Position numbers and translations under genes: made by a program
Notes under the pieces: generated by a model
Database searches by the model: none
What the model was told of the DNA's origin: nothing
What the model saw: the letters and a program-made list of their open reading frames with translations, nothing else
In this document: in pieces, positions 59,497 to 64,000 of the stretch
Position numbering within the stretch: the stretch's first letter is position 1
Layout of the letters: each line of letters opens with the position of its first letter
From: Truepera sp.
GTDB taxonomy: Bacteria > Deinococcota > Deinococci > Deinococcales > Trueperaceae
Assembly (NCBI GenBank): GCA_965218435.1
Contig: CBDCKW010000009.1
Location: 480,001-544,000 of the forward strand
Reading direction: 5' to 3'
DNA: 64,000 bases

Positions 59497-60965
59497 CGTA
59501 GGGTCTCCGAAGGGGGCAACGCGTAAAGCTGATAAAGGTCTAAGAGGGCGCTCAGGGTGGTGAGTTCGCTGCTGCGGCGCTGCAAATCAGCTTGTAACAG
59601 GTCTAAAAGTGAGGTCTGAGTCTCGAGCGGGGTGCTTAAGCCCAAATCCAAACGGGTGACGTTTTCTTGATAGGTCGTGCGGGCGTTTTGAAAGGTGAGA
59701 CGGTCGAGCGCCGCGTTTTGCGCTGCTTTGGTGTAGGCCGCTCTCGAGGTCGTCTCTTGCAACGCCCCGCCCTGCTGCGCCGCCTGTAAACTCGCCTGCG
59801 CCGCCGCCGCCTGACGTTTGACGGCGTTTAACGCGTCGAGCGCCCCGACTGAAATCTTTGCTGAAACGCCGAGTTGCAGGGTGCCGTTGACGGCACTTTG
59901 CGGCAAGGTGCGGCCCGGGTCGCGGTACGAAAAGCCGACGCTCGGTTGCAGCGTCCGCGATTCCAACGAGGCGGTCACCGTCGAATAATCCGAGACGTTC
60001 CACGCGTAGCTCGCCGAGGCGACGGGGAGGATTTCACGCTGCGCCGCTGAAATCTGCAGCGCGGCGAGCTGCGTCTGCAGCTGCGTCTGCGTCACACTGA
60101 GGGGCGTACGCGGCCCCGGAGGGGTGAGACTAGCGAGCGCCTGATAGCTCGGCGCTGGAACGTCGCCGACTAAACTTTGCAAGTTAAGGCGCGCACTTTC
60201 TGCGTCCAGCTGCGCGTTACTTAAAGCGGTCCGCGCTGAGAGCAGCGCAGCTTCGGCGTCGCGGAGATCACGCCTGTTCGCGGCCCCTTTGCGTACTCGC
60301 AACCGGGCCGCTTCCAGGCCCTGCGTCGCCGCGGCGACGCCCTCTTGCGAAAGTCTGACCGAGCGTTCGGCGAGCCGTGCTTGCAAGGCCGCGACGAGCG
60401 CCCGCGCTTCTAAACCCGTTCGCGCGTTGCTGAGGTCGAGCTGGCTCGTTTGCAGCTCAATCCGGCGCTGCGTCAACAAGTCGGCGGTGTCACCAAACGG
60501 AAAAGGCCGAAACACCAGCGTCGCCCCGAGCTGATAGCCCGTTTCGGAGATGGCCGTACCCAAGTCGCCTGCGCCGGGAGCCGCGCCCGGACCGGTGGGA
60601 TCAGTGGGAACTTGAGCCGGGTTCAGTCCTGTCAGCGAGTCGTCTAACGCAAAGCGGCTATAACCGCCGGTCGCCTCGAGCGACACCGGGTCGCGCGCCG
60701 CCCGCAGTTGCAACTGCGCAGCCTCGAGCCCTGCTTGCGCCGCGAGCAACTCGGGATTGCCCCCGAGTGCTCCTAAAAAGCGTGTCAGCGACTGCTCGGC
60801 CTGAGACTGTTTGGCCTGAGACTGCTTAGTTTGAGACTGCACGGGGGTAGCGGCGGGCTGAATAGCTTGCGCTGCGGCGAGCGGCGCACTTAGCAGCGTC
60901 GCCGCGCCTAAAAAAGATAAGTCTCGCCTGAAGCGGCGTAAAACGGTCATAATCCTCCGAAGCAC
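59493..60965 (-). CDS. Second TolC-family outer-membrane efflux protein
   Basis: Signal peptide, NPELLAA, RVRKGAANRRDL, RLDLGLSTPLE. Confidence 0.82.
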   Translation of the reverse strand: MLRRIMTVLRRFRRDLSFLGAATLLSAPLAAAQAIQPAATPVQSQTKQSQAKQSQAEQSLTRFLGALGGNPELLAAQAGLEAAQLQLRAARDPVSLEATGGYSRFALDDSLTGLNPAQVPTDPTGPGAAPGAGDLGTAISETGYQLGATLVFRPFPFGDTADLLTQRRIELQTSQLDLSNARTGLEARALVAALQARLAERSVRLSQEGVAAATQGLEAARLRVRKGAANRRDLRDAEAALLSARTALSNAQLDAESARLNLQSLVGDVPAPSYQALASLTPPGPRTPLSVTQTQLQTQLAALQISAAQREILPVASASYAWNVSDYSTVTASLESRTLQPSVGFSYRDPGRTLPQSAVNGTLQLGVSAKISVGALDALNAVKRQAAAAQASLQAAQQGGALQETTSRAAYTKAAQNAALDRLTFQNARTTYQENVTRLDLGLSTPLETQTSLLDLLQADLQRRSSELTTLSALLDLYQLYALPPSETLR

Positions 60966-61061
60966 CCCCTGATTGTAGAGGTCTGACGCGCGTGGTGTCT
61001 GCAGTACACGCGCTCATTCTTATCAGTTTGAACGGGCGCTGTTAACAAGCAGCGTAGGTTA

Positions 61062-61079
61062 GGTTAAGTCGCGGTTAAG
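61062..61079 (-). promoter_or_regulatory. Tandem CTTAACC direct repeat with 11-bp period (OmpR/PhoB-family box candidate)
   Basis: GGTTAAG at 61062-61068 and 61073-61079, about 100 nt upstream of the efflux operon. Confidence 0.45.
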
Positions 61080-61210
61080 AAGCTGGCGTTACTAGGTTTT
61101 TCGCCCGTCGCTGACGGGTCTTCCGTAGGGCGAAACCCTGCTTACTAAAGATACCGCAGCGGCGTGTATTTATGACGTCGGGTGCTTGACTGTTTTGGGC
61201 CTTGACCACG

Positions 61211-61258
61211 GAGAAAACAACAGTAGAAACCCCCGAGAAAACTGTAGTGAAAACTGTT
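61211..61258. repeat. Four degenerate 12-bp tandem repeats
   Basis: gagaaaacaaca / gtagaaaccccc / gagaaaactgta / gtgaaaactgtt. Confidence 0.6.
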
Positions 61259-61380
61259 TCGGCACGACCGGAAGATCTGAAAGCATAAAAATTCAAACGC
61301 GCTGCCGAGCAAATCCTGCTAGAGTGCGTTAGTTATATGCGAAGCTACAACCACACCTACGGCACGCTGAAGGGATTTTT

Positions 61381-63624
61381 ATGAAACTTGTCCGTCCCAG
61401 TCTACTCGTCTTGACACCGCTGGTGTTGACGCTCTCTCTGGGCGCTGCGTCCGCGCAGAACACCGCGAACACGGGGCCAAAGGGAAATCTAAGCGCGGCG
61501 ATCCGCACGCTGAGCACTCGCCTAAATAACGCCAAACCGACGCCCACCGAACTCGAGCAGCTCAGCACCTTACAAACGCGGCTAGACACACTGACCCAAG
61601 CCACTGAAAACGCTCAAAACGCCGCCGTAGCGGACGCAAAGCAAGCTCTGACGCAAGCACAAAACGCGCGTAACGCGGCGCAAACCCGCAGCGAAACCCT
61701 GCAAAAGAACTTGAGCGCGGCGCAAGCTCAGGTGCAAAAGCTAAGTGCCTCGCTGACAAACGCTCAAACCCGAGCCAAAGACAATCAGACCCAAAACGAC
61801 ACCTTGACCCAGCAGCTTTCGGCGGCCAAAGAGCAGCAGAACCAGCTGCAAACTCAGCTACAAGAAGCACAAAATCAGTTGAGCCAGGTTCAAACTCGGG
61901 TCAAAACGCTGCAAGGGAACCTCGAGACCGCACAAAACCAGGCGGCAGAGCGCCAGACGCAAAACGAGCAGCTGAGCACCCGGTTGCAACAGTCAAACTC
62001 TCAAGGAGAAACCCGCCAGCGTAGTCTCGAGGCCGCCCAAAACCAGATCGAAAAGCTGAACGCTGAGCTTAAAACTGCTCAAAATAACGCTAAAACTGCG
62101 CAGGACAACGCGGCGCAGCAAAAAAACCAACTCGGTACGGTGACCCAGCAACTCGAGACGACTCAAAACCAAGTTAAAGAGCAGGGCACGCAGAACAATA
62201 CGCTGACCCAGCAGTTAAACACGGTCAAAGCGCAGCAGAGCCAGCTGCAAACGCGACTTCAAGATGCGCAAACCCAGGTGCAACAGCTGACGACAAACTT
62301 AAAGACGGCGGAGCAGCAAGCCGAGCAGCGCGGCACTCAAAATGAGCAGTTGACCAACCGTTTGAGCACCGCTCAACAAAGAGTTCAAACACTGACCGGA
62401 AACTTACAAACGGCTCAGGATCAGCAGGGAACGTTGCAAAACCAACTGCAAGCGGCTCAAACCCAGGTGCAACAGGCTAACGCCAACCTCAAAACGGCCC
62501 GGAATCAAGCGAGTGAACGTCAGGCGCAAAATGAAGCTTTAACGAAGCAGCTCTCAGCTGCGAAGGCGCAGCAGAGCCAACTGCAAACGCAACGTAAAGA
62601 CGCGCAGGCCCAGGTGCAAAAGCTGACTGCCGACCTCAAAACGGCGCAAACTCAGGCCAGCGAACGTCAAACCCAAAACGAAGACTTGACCAAGCAGCTC
62701 CAAGGGGCCAAAACGCAGCAGAATCAGCTGCAAACTCAGCTGAGCGAAGCTCAAAACCGGGTTAAAACGCTGACCACAAACCTCGAGACCACGCGAAATC
62801 AAGCCAGCGAACGCCAAACGCGAAATGAAACTCTGACCCAGCAGCTACAAGCCGCCAAAGAACAGACCACCAAGCTGCAGAGCAACCTGGCCGATACTCA
62901 AACACGTGTCAAAATGCTGAACAACCAGCTGGAGCAAGCGCAGGGCGCACGCGATACGTTTCAAACGAACCTGCAGCAAGCTAAAAATGCCCAAGAAAAC
63001 GTCTCCCAAAAGTTAAACAGTGCGCAGACTCAACTTCAACAGGCGCAGGGAACACTCAAAACGACGCAAACCCAATTGCAACAGGCAAAAACTCAGGTGC
63101 AAACCGCCCAGAGCAACCTGCAAACCAAAGACCAACAGCTGACCGAGGCGCAGGCGCAGCTCAAAACCGCTCAGCAGAAAAACAGTACGCTCAATCAGCG
63201 AGTTACGAACCTCAATAACGAACGCGAGACCTTGGCGCAGCAGCTGAGCGCCGCGACGGGTGCAAGCCAGTCACAACTCTTAAAGCCGGTTGAGGCGCAG
63301 CTGAAAGACGCCCGCGCCCGTGCGGCAACCCTTTCGGAGCAATTCAGCAAGTTTTTAGTGGTTTCGCCGAGCCTAGCTGAACTCAGTGACGCACAGCGAA
63401 ACACTTACAACTCGCTGCGGCAGAACCTCAAACGGACGCAAGAAAACGTCGCGCGGCTTACGGGCGCGCAGGCGGCCTATACCGTCCGCTCCGGCGATTC
63501 GCTTTCAAATATCGCGCTGACCTTTTACGGTGACGGCAACCGCTGGCCCGACATCTTAGCGGCGAACCGTTACCTCGCGAACGCCAAGTACCCTGACATC
63601 GGGACGGTCCTCGTTATCCCGTAA
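61381..63624 (+). CDS. Secreted Gln-rich long coiled-coil protein with a C-terminal LysM domain
   Basis: Signal peptide (ASA-Q); ~650 aa of heptads; YTVRSGDSLSNIA..YG..W..I..AN..IGTVLVIP. Confidence 0.88.
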   Translation: MKLVRPSLLVLTPLVLTLSLGAASAQNTANTGPKGNLSAAIRTLSTRLNNAKPTPTELEQLSTLQTRLDTLTQATENAQNAAVADAKQALTQAQNARNAAQTRSETLQKNLSAAQAQVQKLSASLTNAQTRAKDNQTQNDTLTQQLSAAKEQQNQLQTQLQEAQNQLSQVQTRVKTLQGNLETAQNQAAERQTQNEQLSTRLQQSNSQGETRQRSLEAAQNQIEKLNAELKTAQNNAKTAQDNAAQQKNQLGTVTQQLETTQNQVKEQGTQNNTLTQQLNTVKAQQSQLQTRLQDAQTQVQQLTTNLKTAEQQAEQRGTQNEQLTNRLSTAQQRVQTLTGNLQTAQDQQGTLQNQLQAAQTQVQQANANLKTARNQASERQAQNEALTKQLSAAKAQQSQLQTQRKDAQAQVQKLTADLKTAQTQASERQTQNEDLTKQLQGAKTQQNQLQTQLSEAQNRVKTLTTNLETTRNQASERQTRNETLTQQLQAAKEQTTKLQSNLADTQTRVKMLNNQLEQAQGARDTFQTNLQQAKNAQENVSQKLNSAQTQLQQAQGTLKTTQTQLQQAKTQVQTAQSNLQTKDQQLTEAQAQLKTAQQKNSTLNQRVTNLNNERETLAQQLSAATGASQSQLLKPVEAQLKDARARAATLSEQFSKFLVVSPSLAELSDAQRNTYNSLRQNLKRTQENVARLTGAQAAYTVRSGDSLSNIALTFYGDGNRWPDILAANRYLANAKYPDIGTVLVIP

Positions 63625-63645
63625 AAAACGAGCGTCAAAGCCAGC

Positions 63646-63676
63646 TAAAGAGGCCGCATCCGGTCTCTTTATTTTT
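63646..63676. terminator. Terminator between convergent genes
   Basis: TAAAGAGGCCG-catc-CGGTCTCTTTA-TTTTT. Confidence 0.75.
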
Positions 63677-63686
63677 GGGCTCCAGG

Positions 63687-64000
63687 TTAAACTTTGGGGT
63701 AAAACGCTGCAAGTTCAGCGCGTGTAGGCGGGTCGGCACCGGGCCGCGTACAGTTAAGCGCCGCCGCCGCCGCCGCAAAAGCAAGCGCGTCTTGCCATAC
63801 GGTGTCCGGCAGCGCAGCCAAGCCGGTCGTTTCGCCCGTCTCGAGCAGTCTGACGAGCAGCGCACCCATAAAAGTATCGCCCGCACCGACGGTATCGGCA
63901 ACCTCAACTTGGGGAATGGGCACCTCGAGCCGTCCCTGGGAACGCAGCAGCACCGTGCGGGCACCGCCCTGTGTGACGATTACCGCTTCGGGACCTCGGC
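63687..64000 (-). CDS. PfkB-family carbohydrate kinase (fructokinase-like), 3' part only
   Basis: VIVTQGG, VADTVGAGDTF, GADPP; the frame stays open to the window edge. Confidence 0.92.
   Translation of the reverse strand, partial: RGPEAVIVTQGGARTVLLRSQGRLEVPIPQVEVADTVGAGDTFMGALLVRLLETGETTGLAALPDTVWQDALAFAAAAAALNCTRPGADPPTRAELAAFYPKV

Noticed and set aside
61700..63250. CRISPR-like or mobile repeat array
   Set aside because: The repeats are degenerate, in frame and protein-coding, with no identical repeat and unique spacer pattern; no cas genes.
1..64000. tRNA, rRNA, tmRNA, RNase P, SRP RNA, IS elements, prophage, DNA methyltransferase
   Set aside because: No diagnostic motifs, transposase, integrase or MTase ORFs found by eye; short RNAs could have been missed without a covariance search.

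Overview
A GC-rich (roughly 58-60%, by eye) bacterial chromosomal window, most likely Deinococcota of Truepera/Deinococcus/Thermus type. The evidence is the pilM-N-O-W-Q-aroC-aroK-aroB-aroQ order, an SLH protein, tandem TolC genes and many apparently leaderless genes. It is mostly housekeeping: a rhamnose-like sugar ABC/catabolic operon, rnhB, a PSP1/RicT gene, holB, glgP, rnr, sufCB..D, shikimate genes, a type IV pilus/competence operon, pdxS and an RND efflux operon. I saw no rRNA, tRNA, CRISPR array, transposase, integrase or phage gene. The most unusual signals are: (1) the palindrome CTCGAG occurs about 125-130 times by hand count versus about 20 expected, in several reading frames and in intergenic DNA, like a HIP1-type iterated palindrome; (2) a ~220-nt structured RNA with its own promoter, uORF, antiterminator and terminator upstream of an APH-family kinase; (3) a RelBE-type toxin-antitoxin pair plus a HIT hydrolase inserted between sufB and sufD; (4) pilQ split at a G6/C6 tract and carrying a low-GC central segment; (5) a secreted ~650-residue coiled coil with 49-aa repeats and a LysM domain; (6) a divergent regulator/MFS pair in which both genes are frameshifted. 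All calls come from reading the sequence and motifs; no searches were run.
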